From: Candidatus Obscuribacterales bacterium | Lineage (GTDB): Bacteria > Cyanobacteriota > Vampirovibrionia > Obscuribacterales > Obscuribacteraceae | Direction: 5' to 3' | Length of the DNA stretch: 64,000 nucleotides | Assembly: GCA_965228855.1 (NCBI GenBank) | Contig: CBDDIJ010000003.1 | Span: forward strand, 832,001 to 896,000 | Shown here: in pieces, positions 1 through 9,570 of the stretch | How the letters are laid out: every line of letters begins with the position of its first letter | How positions within the stretch are numbered: position 1 is the first letter of the stretch | Made by a program: the position numbers and the translations under genes | Notes under the pieces: model-generated | What the model saw: only the letters and a program-made list of their open reading frames with translations | Told to the model about the DNA's origin: nothing | The model's database searches: none

Positions 1-729
1 GCACGGGAATCCGGTGACCTTCAGTGCTGAGGCTAGCGATGTTCCTTCTCCCTTATCCTCTGCGTTTAGCTTCACGCACACGAAGTGGTCATTCATGAAC
101 TTGGCGACAAATGGGTCTGAAAATGTCTTCTGGTCCATGACTTTGCACCATCCACACCAGTCGGTGTAGACGTCGATCAAGATCAATTTGTCGGTTTTCT
201 CTTTGCCATCGATAAGGGGCGCAACATCCTTTCGCCAGGTGATCTTTGCATCCGGACGTGTCTCTGTTGTTAGACGTTCGAGCTTTGTGTCCATAACAAT
301 TTCGCCGGCCACGTCTTTCCGGTCAACGCAAAGTTGTTTCACCTTTCTCAGGTCTGCGATAGCCTTTTCCTTTTGATTGTCACCGAGATAGGCTTCGGCT
401 CTCATTATGTAGAGATTGTCTTCATCCGGGCTGTTGGTGATCGCGATGTTCAACGAATCAACTGCCTCTTTGAACTTTTTGTCTTGCGTTAAAATCAGTG
501 CTTTGGCCGCATATGCCACGAAGAATTTCGGGTCTATCGCGATGGCACTATCCAGTTCTTCCAGCGCTTTCTTTGCATCGCCGGCTTTATGGCTCGCGAG
601 GGCCTGTTTGACTAATTCACGATACTTCGGGTCCGATTCCTTTTGCTCTTCAGCGAACGCTGCACCTGTGGTCAAAAGAACTGAGACTGCCAGGCAGGCT
701 AGTGCGCGAGCGAATGGAGCTAGAAACAT
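1..729 (-). CDS. Secreted TPR + thioredoxin-fold protein (runs off the left edge)
   Basis: Read manually on the minus strand (not in ORF track): GGAG RBS, ATG at 729, signal-like MFLAPFARALACLAVSVLLTTGAAFA, TPR-like helices (AIAIDPKFFVAY), then LILIDVYTDWCGWCKVMDQKTFSDP thioredoxin motif; open to base 1. Confidence 0.85.
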   Translation of the reverse strand, partial: MFLAPFARALACLAVSVLLTTGAAFAEEQKESDPKYRELVKQALASHKAGDAKKALEELDSAIAIDPKFFVAYAAKALILTQDKKFKEAVDSLNIAITNSPDEDNLYIMRAEAYLGDNQKEKAIADLRKVKQLCVDRKDVAGEIVMDTKLERLTTETRPDAKITWRKDVAPLIDGKEKTDKLILIDVYTDWCGWCKVMDQKTFSDPFVAKFMNDHFVCVKLNAEDKGEGTSLASALKVTGFPC

Positions 730-848
730 GATGATCTCCAAAGTAGGTTTATCTGTGCAGCTTAGCAGGTTTGCGCAAACTAATCCCATTCAACCTGCGG
801 CGCTTCGTGCCTTCTTTTCAGTGGCACGATTGTGTGGTGGCAGGCCAT

Positions 849-2075
849 TTATTCCTGTGACGGGCGGAGAAGCGAATCCAGTTTTTCCTGCAGCTTTTCC
901 ATGAAAACTTCTCGCAGTTTTCGAACCGCCGAGAGCTTGTTTTGAGTGTATTCCTCTACAAATGGTGAGACGTCGATGGCTTCACCGGGCGAGATGACGC
1001 ATGATTGGCGGCCCTTCGGCGTAATCAGTCCGTTTACTTCGCTCTCTATGAAATCCAAAATTCTGCAGTTTTGAATTGGTTTTTCGCGGTGCAAAAGCAT
1101 CCGTTGAAGAATGAGGAGACGCTCTATGCGCTCGAAGTCGCTTCTCAAGCTCGGCTTGGGAAGACCTGCACAGTGAAATGCTTTTGGGTTGGTTGCCACG
1201 GAATTAATTTCTAAATCGCCTTCAACGTGGTTGCGAACGAAATAAAGCTTCTCGATCAACGATAGTGATTCTTCCGGCTCAACATTTTGACTAATAGAAA
1301 TGCGCTCGAGAATCTCTTTGCCAGCCAATTCCGAGAGATGTTCCAGGCTGCCATCCGGTCGTTGGAGACCGTATGAGCTGAATACTTTTGACAGGTAAGC
1401 ATCGATGACAGCATCGATTTGCTCGACTATCTTTTTGTTTTTATCGTGCTTGATTCCGAGTCGCTTACCAATCTCTTTAACGGCGGGGGAAACTGCGATT
1501 TCTAAACTATCTTCCAGTGAAAATTTGATGGCCGCAGGAATGAGCACGACCGGCGCTTCTCCCTTAACCGAGTTTTTGTCCTTCTTGTTCAAATCATCCT
1601 GAACGTCAAGCACTATATGGAAAATGGCTTTCTGCATATGATGCAGTTCTTCATAGTCTGCTGTTATTTCCGCTTCTGGAAAAACAACCAGCTTCTTTTT
1701 TGCCTCCGTCAGGATTTTTTTTGTTCTGGAAATGGAGTGAAAGTCAGCCTTTCCGCGAGCGACGGAGTAGCAACCGAGGCTTTGGAAGAGCCAACCGCGC
1801 CAACCGTTGTCCCAGTCAAAGCATTCTCTGGCGACGATCACGTAGAACTGTTGGTTGAGGTGATCGGCTAGTTTGAATAATGCGAATGGATCCTGGCGGT
1901 CAGGATGGTTTAAAAGAATTACTGCGCGTTTGTGTTGCTTTACGGCTTCGAGAAGTTCTTTGCTGCCGCGAACCTCGATCGAAAGTCGCTCTCTATATTT
2001 CAGCCAGAGAGGAAAGACGAGTCTGAAAAAGCCGATTACTAACTGGTTTGGTTTAGGCTCTTTGAACTCGGACAT
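849..2075 (-). CDS. 1-acyl-sn-glycerol-3-phosphate acyltransferase family (PlsC-like)
   Basis: NHPDRQD (HxxxxD) and VVFPE acyltransferase motifs; ORF extends to 2162 but ATG 2075 preferred because the divergent gene starts at 2184. Confidence 0.8.
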   Translation of the reverse strand: MSEFKEPKPNQLVIGFFRLVFPLWLKYRERLSIEVRGSKELLEAVKQHKRAVILLNHPDRQDPFALFKLADHLNQQFYVIVARECFDWDNGWRGWLFQSLGCYSVARGKADFHSISRTKKILTEAKKKLVVFPEAEITADYEELHHMQKAIFHIVLDVQDDLNKKDKNSVKGEAPVVLIPAAIKFSLEDSLEIAVSPAVKEIGKRLGIKHDKNKKIVEQIDAVIDAYLSKVFSSYGLQRPDGSLEHLSELAGKEILERISISQNVEPEESLSLIEKLYFVRNHVEGDLEINSVATNPKAFHCAGLPKPSLRSDFERIERLLILQRMLLHREKPIQNCRILDFIESEVNGLITPKGRQSCVISPGEAIDVSPFVEEYTQNKLSAVRKLREVFMEKLQEKLDSLLRPSQE

Positions 2076-2183
2076 CTGGATTGCTTGGAAACCTGTTTTG
2101 CTTTGGCGCCTATAGGCTACGTGCGTTTTGGCTGTCATGAATGATAGAGTACTAATCTGCATTTAGCACAAGGATGGAGAGCT

Positions 2184-2618
2184 ATGAAAATTCAGCTCAT
2201 TCGGCAACTCTCGGAGCTCGATGGCGGAGAATTCTTAGAGATTTTTCCAGGTCCGTATAAGGGACGATCATGGAATGAGCAGTCTGTTTATGTCGAGGAT
2301 CGCGCCTTCTCGTTGTTTGAGGGGCTAGTCAAGCGTCATGCGGATAATTTTGACAATCGAGCGAACACTCAGATTTCAAAAGAGCAATGGGAATCCATTA
2401 TCAATGATTTAGATGCTCTCAGCGCAGCGCTTGCAAAATCAAGCCGTATAGACGATTTGACCGGTCACGTTTCTTTTCGAGATGCCACTATAAGTGGTGA
2501 GTTCGCTGCCGACTTCCAGGGTAATAAGGCGAAGCTCTTGTCGTTGATAGGCGATTGGAAAACGTGGCTGAAGCAGGAGATGGACAACCAAACCGTGATT
2601 TCTATTTTAGGAATTTGA
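2184..2618 (+). CDS. Hypothetical protein
   Basis: 144-aa ORF with GGAG RBS; globular composition. Confidence 0.7.
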   Translation: MKIQLIRQLSELDGGEFLEIFPGPYKGRSWNEQSVYVEDRAFSLFEGLVKRHADNFDNRANTQISKEQWESIINDLDALSAALAKSSRIDDLTGHVSFRDATISGEFAADFQGNKAKLLSLIGDWKTWLKQEMDNQTVISILGI

Positions 2619-2759
2619 AACGTGTGCGGACAACTTGCGCAGAATTTGCAGGCGATCGCGCCTTATTCATAAATCACCGCGTTTTGAACAATTGCCTGGT
2701 ATGTTATTTGCTGCCGGTCTAACCGGTTTAGAATATGGCAGTCGGCGAAGGTTTAGACA

Positions 2760-4430
2760 GTGAAAATTACCAGGGTTCAATCGTGGACGTTAATGCTTGC
2801 TTCGACTGTTTTTATGGTTGGGAGCGATGCAATGGCGTCGTCCATGCCGCGAACTTCTGTGGGGACGGGTATCTCGCAAGAGGAGAATGATGCTTCGTCC
2901 GTCGGGTCCTTATCCGACATCGATCAATTTACTAATGCTCAAACCGTTGGTCGTGCAACCGCATCTGATACCACTTCGCATTTCAATCTGGATGAAAGTC
3001 AAGTTCTGGCAGCTGAAACACCAATCCTGGATGCCGCATCAGACGGTTTGATTGCACAGGGCGATATACCTCAGACACCAATTCTCAGGGAAGGCATCAG
3101 CACTAGCCCGTCTAACCTGGAAACCCAGATCGATAATTTGTCGCTGCAGATACTTTTGAAGCAGGTCGACCTGGAGCGCTATAGTATCCATTACAACCAG
3201 GAGGCTGTGAAACAGGGGCGCTGGAAGGGCTGGCGATACGGCTTTTGGAATGAAGTGAACTCCGGCCTCGCGCTTGGTGGTGGTATCACATCCGTGGCAA
3301 ACCGGGGCAAATATTTGCACAATCCTGGCGGTGTGAGGCGTCGGACTCAAGAAGGCGCCAACATAGTGCCGATGGTTGGTTCCATTATCGCAGCAAGCGC
3401 TGCTGGTGGCGAATTCGGTATCAACTTGATGCACGAGTTTCAGGCTCACCAGAAGGGTTATGGCTCTAACCAGGCCAAACAGAAAATTCTGGCTTTGCGC
3501 GGCGAGATCAATGAGTTGTTGGAGAAGCGCGACAGCCTGGTACGAGTTGAGGCTTCCGATCCGACTCTGGCTGGTCGCTTTGAAATCGACCAGATTGAAG
3601 GACGAGTTTTGCGCGATATGCGCGATCAGAAATTACAGCAGTTTGAGCGCTTCCATCTAGCCAAGCGAAGGCAGTATTGGTTTCAACAAATGCAGTACCT
3701 CTTCGACATTGCGAAGAACGTGACGAATGCGGTCGGCTGCGAACAAGCCTATCAGTCCTTACACAAACGGCATCGTTACTATAACGGCAATGCCGGTGTA
3801 CTTTTCGTCGTATCGGGTGGATTGACGATGGTGGGTCCGGTCGCCAGTCGCGTGTTCGGGAAAGTGATGGTGGAGCAGCAACGGCGATCCCTGCGAGGTA
3901 TTACCCGAACAAACGAGGATGCCACACTTGCTCAACTCAAGAGCGATCACGCGGCCCTGGATCAGCTGACGAAAAGCGGAAAGATACCGGCAGAAAAGGT
4001 TGATGTCGTGTTGAACAGATCAGCTGTTTATGCCAATGGCGAGAAACAGTTTGAAAACGAAATTCGGAAAAGCGAATCTGCAAACGCCAGAGCGAAACTG
4101 GTGGCAACACAGAATATCGGTGCTGCCCAGTACGTTGGTGGCTCCAAGGTGGCAAGCGGCATTCTGTTCATTTTGCCGGGGTATGACAGTCGCTACAACA
4201 CCAAGGGGTACCGGTCCGACCGCGCCACCAACAACGATCTGTTCGCATCTGCGGTCGTCGGATTGCCGGCAACGACGTTCTCCATAATCGATACATTGAG
4301 AATCAATATTCAGGGCGAAATCGCACGCCAGAAGCAGCTTAGAGCCGGAACCCATCCAAGCCAACTTGCTAAGAAACGATTGCAAGAGTTAGATGAGCTT
4401 GAAGCTTCAATAAAGGCGGATATGCGCTAG
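2760..4430 (+). CDS. Hypothetical exported helical protein
   Basis: 556-aa ORF; signal-like N-terminus; coiled-coil stretches alternating with Gly/Ala-rich hydrophobic segments. Confidence 0.75.
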   Translation: MKITRVQSWTLMLASTVFMVGSDAMASSMPRTSVGTGISQEENDASSVGSLSDIDQFTNAQTVGRATASDTTSHFNLDESQVLAAETPILDAASDGLIAQGDIPQTPILREGISTSPSNLETQIDNLSLQILLKQVDLERYSIHYNQEAVKQGRWKGWRYGFWNEVNSGLALGGGITSVANRGKYLHNPGGVRRRTQEGANIVPMVGSIIAASAAGGEFGINLMHEFQAHQKGYGSNQAKQKILALRGEINELLEKRDSLVRVEASDPTLAGRFEIDQIEGRVLRDMRDQKLQQFERFHLAKRRQYWFQQMQYLFDIAKNVTNAVGCEQAYQSLHKRHRYYNGNAGVLFVVSGGLTMVGPVASRVFGKVMVEQQRRSLRGITRTNEDATLAQLKSDHAALDQLTKSGKIPAEKVDVVLNRSAVYANGEKQFENEIRKSESANARAKLVATQNIGAAQYVGGSKVASGILFILPGYDSRYNTKGYRSDRATNNDLFASAVVGLPATTFSIIDTLRINIQGEIARQKQLRAGTHPSQLAKKRLQELDELEASIKADMR

Positions 4431-4592
4431 CGCAAAAGCTGAAGATTAAACACCGGTCACAAGCGATTGTGCAGCTTGGGCAACTGGTTTCGCCGCCAAG
4501 TGTAATCAAGCCTGCATTCGGGGGTTCTCAGTCGTCCGGAATTCAGACTTGTCATACTACGAGGGGAAAAAAAATCACCCTTTCGTCCGATT

Positions 4593-4931
4593 GTGGATCG
4601 ATTATCCAAATGCGAATATGCAATTGGTTACCAGTCCCGCATGTCGGCAAATACCATGGAAAACGACCGCCAGCCATATCTTGAGTGTGAAACCCAGACA
4701 CGGGACCGTCCTGAGTTTTGGGAAACCATAAGCATTAGCAATTCCAGTCGCAGCATAGAGCGAATCGTCAACGGTCAGCAGCGTCGCCTATACGACATTG
4801 ACCATCCGGATTACGATATGGTTATTGAGAACGCCAAACGCTACTACCCGCAGTTAGCGCCTGGGCGAATTTGCTATTACTATCGCTTTGCCGATGGCCG
4901 CGAAAAGGTCGAAACAAAGAATTTCGACTGA
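4593..4931 (+). CDS. Hypothetical protein (start uncertain; ATG 4641 or 4656 possible)
   Basis: 112-aa ORF filling the gap between co-oriented genes. Confidence 0.5.
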   Translation: MDRLSKCEYAIGYQSRMSANTMENDRQPYLECETQTRDRPEFWETISISNSSRSIERIVNGQQRRLYDIDHPDYDMVIENAKRYYPQLAPGRICYYYRFADGREKVETKNFD

Positions 4932-5060
4932 GCCACAGAGGGCTTATAATGTCTTGGCGCTATAGAAGCGTCAGGCAAATCCTTTTCGGCAAGATTTTTG
5001 AAACATCCACATCTCCAGCAACATATTTGCTCTCACTGTTCGGCGCGTACTGAATCAGGC

Positions 5061-5495
5061 ATGACCGATCACGAATTTGCACAACTGCTATCGCTTTGCG
5101 ACCGTGAATTTGTAGAGAAGCAAGAGAAATTTCAGATGTGGATTGCCACTAGCGGGATGTGGTTTTACGACCTTGAAGAATGTACTCTCACCTTGGGCGA
5201 TACGAAGTTTGATGTAACGCCGATTGGAACTTTCGGCACAAACTCCGGTACGTGGCTCTGGGCCTGGGCAAACAGTGAATTTCCGCCGAAAGCTATCGAG
5301 CGCTCGGAAAAATTGAAGTGTTTGTACGAATTGACGGGATGGGAAGTGTTCGAAAATCCCGGCACTCATGCGACCATTGATGAGTTGCAAATATTCAATT
5401 TGCTGGCTATCCATATTCTGGACGCAGTCGGTTTGTTTAAGGATGGGGAGGGCGGCGAGCCGGCTATGTACCTTGCAGTTCACGAGGCGCAATAA
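5061..5495 (+). CDS. DUF6882-like protein
   Basis: WFYD...IGTF...TWLWAWAN pattern recalled for DUF6882; ATG 5061 chosen within ORF 4998-5495. Confidence 0.65.
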   Translation: MTDHEFAQLLSLCDREFVEKQEKFQMWIATSGMWFYDLEECTLTLGDTKFDVTPIGTFGTNSGTWLWAWANSEFPPKAIERSEKLKCLYELTGWEVFENPGTHATIDELQIFNLLAIHILDAVGLFKDGEGGEPAMYLAVHEAQ

Positions 5496-5550
5496 CCTTT
5501 GCAGTTCGCACCACCAACGGTGCTTTTCCTTCAATTGTCCCAAGCGTGAT

Positions 5551-6405
5551 CTATGGATCTTCTTCCTCCAGATTGATTTGAAAGCGTGCGCCATGCTTTG
5601 CCAGATTATCCAGATCTTGTTTGTCCTTGATGGTGCTCTCTGCAAGGTCGCCGTCACTCTCGTAACGTGGCGGGCCAAGAGCGTTTAGCAGAAACTCGTA
5701 TTGGCGACGGCGCTGTTGGTCGGTGATATCTTCGATGTTCATTCTGATCAAGTGAAATGTAATCAGTTCGCCATCGCGGAGTACAGTTACATCCACTGGC
5801 GTTCCTGCGCGTCCACCTACTATCTGCCAGAGCACTCGCTGAGCCTCTCCATGTTTGAAAACATGATTTTTTGCTTTGACAAGCAGGTCGCCTTTTCGCA
5901 TTCCTGCTCGCTCGGCAGGTCCATCTTTCAGAAGACCCGTAACTGTCGGACCACCGGAGCCGAAAACTGGAGTAAGCGCGTCGAGTCCGATGATTCCGTA
6001 TTCCATTTTTCTATACTCTTCCGGTGAGAGCATCGGTTTTCGCTTGCCCAGGTCAAGTGCCGGATTCGTGCTGGTGCCGGCCATTAGTTTAAACAGTCCC
6101 TGTGAGTTGCGAATCAGTTCGCGAAGGCTTTGCTTCTCAATTTTGACTGTTCTAGTTTCTACCAACTCCGTGTCAACAGTAGAATCGTTTTGCTCAACCC
6201 CACCATTCAAAACTTTTTGCTGTTCGCTCTGAGTTTTCGCTGGTGCAGTCGTGTCTATCGCGCCTGTCTGTTCTTCGATTTGGGCAATCGTTTCTCCGGC
6301 AAAGGCTGAGCTATGAAGTGAAAAGCAAATCAGCAAAGACATGGCAAAGCTGGTGCCATGAACTGACCCTCTTGAATAGCTGCTGACTTTGGACGCTCTG
6401 TCCAT
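5551..6405 (-). CDS. Exported PDZ-domain protein
   Basis: YGIIGL...GPAERAGMRKGDLLV...GTPVDVTVLRDG PDZ signature; signal-like segment; GGAGGAG RBS before ATG 6405. Confidence 0.8.
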   Translation of the reverse strand: MDRASKVSSYSRGSVHGTSFAMSLLICFSLHSSAFAGETIAQIEEQTGAIDTTAPAKTQSEQQKVLNGGVEQNDSTVDTELVETRTVKIEKQSLRELIRNSQGLFKLMAGTSTNPALDLGKRKPMLSPEEYRKMEYGIIGLDALTPVFGSGGPTVTGLLKDGPAERAGMRKGDLLVKAKNHVFKHGEAQRVLWQIVGGRAGTPVDVTVLRDGELITFHLIRMNIEDITDQQRRRQYEFLLNALGPPRYESDGDLAESTIKDKQDLDNLAKHGARFQINLEEEDP

Positions 6406-6653
6406 TAGGGGCTCCTCCTCCACTCTGCAACCTAAGGTGCTTTACAGCGCGGAATTGAAAAATAGGAAGGAATTCATAACTCATCCAGGACAAAGCCGCA
6501 ACCGCGCTGGGAGGGGGATAAACTGAGATTCGAACTTGTGAAAATGGCTGCTGTTTCACAGAGCTTTCTATCGAGCCTGCGTTAATTCGTTATACTTCAA
6601 AACGATTATGGATACCGGAGTTCCTTTCAAAATCTCACGCAGATGGAGGTTGT

Positions 6654-6992
6654 ATGTTCAGCAGAGTGGTACTAATCACGATATCGGTGGCGCTGCTGAT
6701 GTGTGCCGGATATCTGGTCAGCGACTTTCTTGCCAAGGAACGCTCCTTAAGCGTCCAAGCCATTGTTCGGGATTACCTAAAGCGAGGCCCGACACCGATG
6801 TATCAGAGCGAACCCAAAGTTGTTGCTCAGAAATACGGAGGAGCGGATCCTCACGGCGATGATCCACATGGCGACGATCCTCATGATGAAGTTCACGATT
6901 CCAAGCTTCCGGCTAATCAGGCTAAAAGCAGTGCTAAAGCACCCCGCGATGTTTATGGTGACACGGTTCCAAATAGTCAACAGCCTTACTAA
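6654..6992 (+). CDS. Small membrane-anchored protein with DPHGD repeats
   Basis: GGAGG RBS; N-terminal hydrophobic helix; DPHGD-DPHGD-DPHDE-VHD. Confidence 0.65.
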   Translation: MFSRVVLITISVALLMCAGYLVSDFLAKERSLSVQAIVRDYLKRGPTPMYQSEPKVVAQKYGGADPHGDDPHGDDPHDEVHDSKLPANQAKSSAKAPRDVYGDTVPNSQQPY

Positions 6993-7009
6993 GGTTTTTA
7001 CGCAAAATA

Positions 7010-7036
7010 AAAGCAGCGGCTTTTGACCGCTGCTTT
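7010..7036. terminator. Probable bidirectional intrinsic terminator
   Basis: aaagcagcgg-cttttga-ccgctgcttt 10-bp stem between convergent genes. Confidence 0.75.
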
Positions 7037-7057
7037 CAACAGATAAATTTGAGATGT

Positions 7058-7573
7058 TTATGACTGTTTGCGTTGAATGTGCGATTCAATAAACCAGAGT
7101 TTTTTATCTACTTCACGCGAGATTTCGACGTAAAGGTCGTTGGTGTCCTGGTCTTCCCATTCGTCACACTTTTTGATGCCTTCACGCAAGTGCTTGCCGA
7201 AAGCTGCAAGTCTTTCTGCGAGTGCATTGAGATGGTCCTCTTCGCTCATTTTAGATACGTCCGGGTATTCTTTGATAAATGAGTGCTCGGCGGCATTGCG
7301 CGCGGTACCATGAGCGATGCTACCAAGTGCGGTGGCACGCTCTGCAATCATGTCGATAGGCTCGTAAACTGCAGCGGCAACGTCGTCGAATAGCAGGTGA
7401 AGCTGGTAGAAATCCTTTCCTTTGACATTCCAATGGGCTTGTTTGGTTTGGGTCCAGAGGTCGAGACAAGCTGCTAGAGTTTCGTTCAAAAGTTCGGCCA
7501 CTTTTGAGCGGGTGGTTTCGGGCAGGTCGATTCTACTTGAATAAAGATGTGTAGCTTTGGTTTTGGTACTCAT
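7058..7573 (-). CDS. dps: DNA protection during starvation protein (Dps)
   Basis: TKQAHWNVKGKDFYQLHLLFD and IDMIAERATALG ferroxidase-centre motifs; DKKLWFIESH C-terminus. Confidence 0.95.
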   Translation of the reverse strand: MSTKTKATHLYSSRIDLPETTRSKVAELLNETLAACLDLWTQTKQAHWNVKGKDFYQLHLLFDDVAAAVYEPIDMIAERATALGSIAHGTARNAAEHSFIKEYPDVSKMSEEDHLNALAERLAAFGKHLREGIKKCDEWEDQDTNDLYVEISREVDKKLWFIESHIQRKQS

Positions 7574-7885
7574 GGCAATACGTCCTTGTATATACAGCGG
7601 CTAAGAAGTGCATATTCTTTCAGACCGGAACCTACGTGTAAAGTCGTTGGTTCTTGTGTGTGGCAGCGCCGTTCAGCTGTGCCTCTGCCGACGTCATGGA
7701 CCTGGACTTTCGCCTTCGAGTATACCGGTGTGCTTGCCAAGCGGCGTGGGTTTTCACCTTCATGATAAGCTAATCTCGCTTCAGGCAATTTCGGCATGGT
7801 CGTTGTGGTTTTCACCGTTCTATAAGTGAAGCCCGCTTGCATAAAGCTTCGATTGTAGTGCCGTATCTGGTGGCACATTAGGTTA

Positions 7886-8836
7886 ATGGTGAGCGATTCA
7901 ACCCATATTGCGACGCTTATTACTCGTCTTCATGCGCTGGCTGACGCGGACACGCCGGTTCTTGCAGACGGCCTGGTTCAACTGATGATGTCCGGCGCTC
8001 GCTGGAATGGTTTCTGGAGCGGTGAAATAATTGCTCCGGCTGGTGCGCACGGCATTAAGGAATGGCGACTAATCGAGCGTTTCGAGTTTGAAGAGCAGGC
8101 TTTGACATGGAAGGACTGTAAAGAGCGACATGATTTGTTGTCGAGTCTACAAAGTCATGTCAGCGAAATCTCCGACGAATTATTCTTAGGACCGCAGGCG
8201 GGCGGTAGCGCTGCCACCTCTATAATCACGGAAGTGAAGCCTGGTACGGAAGAGGCTTACTTCAATTGGGAGCTAAAAATTCAAAGCGCTCAAGCCCGAT
8301 CTCCCGGTTACGAGGGAATCTTCGTACAGCCACCCTTGCCCGGGCGACCAAACGTCTGGACAAAACTGTTGCGCTTCGATTCGCCTGCCGCGCTCAACAA
8401 CTGGTTCGAATCGGAAGAGCGGAAGCGGCTCGTCGCCGAGGGGCGAGCATTCATGGAGTCCTCGAAGCTGGAGCAACTGTCGAGCGCCTTTCCGGGCTGG
8501 TTTCCAGTCGATAAGAAGAGTGGAAAAGGTCCGGCAAAATACAAGACAGCCTTTATGGTCGTGCTCGGCTTGTTCCCGTGTGTCATGTTTGAAGTCTGGT
8601 TATTTGGACCACTTCAAGCATCATGGAATCCGACTCTCAAGACTTTTATGAATCTGACCTTGAGTGTTTCATTTACGACCTTTATATCAATTCCGCTTTG
8701 TATCAAATGGTTTTCGTGGTGGCTACTTCCAGCAGAGGATGCACCATATTCGGTGCAGCTCAAAGGACTCGCGATTGTTTTGATCGTTTTGGCCCTCGAA
8801 GTGGTGGCTCTATGGAATCTTATCAAGGTCAATTGA
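7886..8836 (+). CDS. Antibiotic biosynthesis monooxygenase (ABM)-domain membrane protein
   Basis: VKPGTEEAYFNW...PGYEG...RFDSPAALNNWFESEER ABM pattern; degenerate first ABM copy; C-terminal TM helices after PAKYKTA. Confidence 0.75.
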   Translation: MVSDSTHIATLITRLHALADADTPVLADGLVQLMMSGARWNGFWSGEIIAPAGAHGIKEWRLIERFEFEEQALTWKDCKERHDLLSSLQSHVSEISDELFLGPQAGGSAATSIITEVKPGTEEAYFNWELKIQSAQARSPGYEGIFVQPPLPGRPNVWTKLLRFDSPAALNNWFESEERKRLVAEGRAFMESSKLEQLSSAFPGWFPVDKKSGKGPAKYKTAFMVVLGLFPCVMFEVWLFGPLQASWNPTLKTFMNLTLSVSFTTFISIPLCIKWFSWWLLPAEDAPYSVQLKGLAIVLIVLALEVVALWNLIKVN

Positions 8837-8844
8837 AATACAGT

Positions 8845-9396
8845 TCAGGACCGGTTCGTGAAGCAGACCCCGATTGGCCCCATCAATCCTCCGGAATGCC
8901 AGACTCGAATATTCAACGATAATTCCGGATAGGTTACATTTTCTGCAGCTGCGATGTTCTCTGACTCTTCCTTGCTCACGTTTTCGGCATTAATTTCGCC
9001 GGTTTCACCTAGCCGCTGGTTGACTGCGTTGATAAAGCTTATCAACGCGCGTTCTGAGTCTGCAGGCACAGGACCTGCACTTTTGTATTCATCAATCATC
9101 GACGTGCGAATTACGTTCCACTTATCGAAGTTGGTTGAGAGCTGCTGAACCGCGGCTACGCAAGCTGCAACTCGTTTGTCGCACGGTTCGGAGCCATTGG
9201 TCAGTTGAAATGACGGCACTTCTCTCATCATGCCGATGCGGTCGCCGACATCAGCGCCGACTTCCCCACCGTGGCGAGCTTTATCAATCGCTTTCCAGTC
9301 TACCCGTCTGTCTAGAAAAGGATGGCGCCGCCCTCTGAAGGCGCCTGAATCGCCTCCATCTCTGCGTTTTTCACCGGTTCCATCGAATTGTGACAT
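8845..9396 (-). CDS. Hypothetical protein
   Basis: 183-aa ORF filling the gap; no recognised motif. Confidence 0.55.
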   Translation of the reverse strand: MSQFDGTGEKRRDGGDSGAFRGRRHPFLDRRVDWKAIDKARHGGEVGADVGDRIGMMREVPSFQLTNGSEPCDKRVAACVAAVQQLSTNFDKWNVIRTSMIDEYKSAGPVPADSERALISFINAVNQRLGETGEINAENVSKEESENIAAAENVTYPELSLNIRVWHSGGLMGPIGVCFTNRS

Positions 9397-9570
9397 GAGC
9401 TACCCTGGATTCCGTTTGACACCTACCATTGTGCCGGAAACCGAGCTTCTGAGCAACAGTCGAATTAAGCAGTTTGACCAAATTCGCCGGTTCCTGCCCG
9501 GTTGTTTGTTTATCGCTTTGAGGTAAAGACATTGGACCTGGGTAAAAGGCTTAAGAGGCTTTGCAATTAA

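Noticed and set aside
4549..4731. Frameshift or phase variation at the G4-A8 run near 4563-4574
   Set aside because: No recognisable protein is restored by shifting frame
2184..5495. Polymorphic-toxin immunity gene cluster
   Set aside because: The small hypothetical genes are only loosely immunity-like, with no toxin domain or repeat cassette visible
7587..7596. TGTATATACA palindrome before dps as an SOS box
   Set aside because: Spacing does not fit CTGT-N8-ACAG; a short AT-rich palindrome is expected by chance
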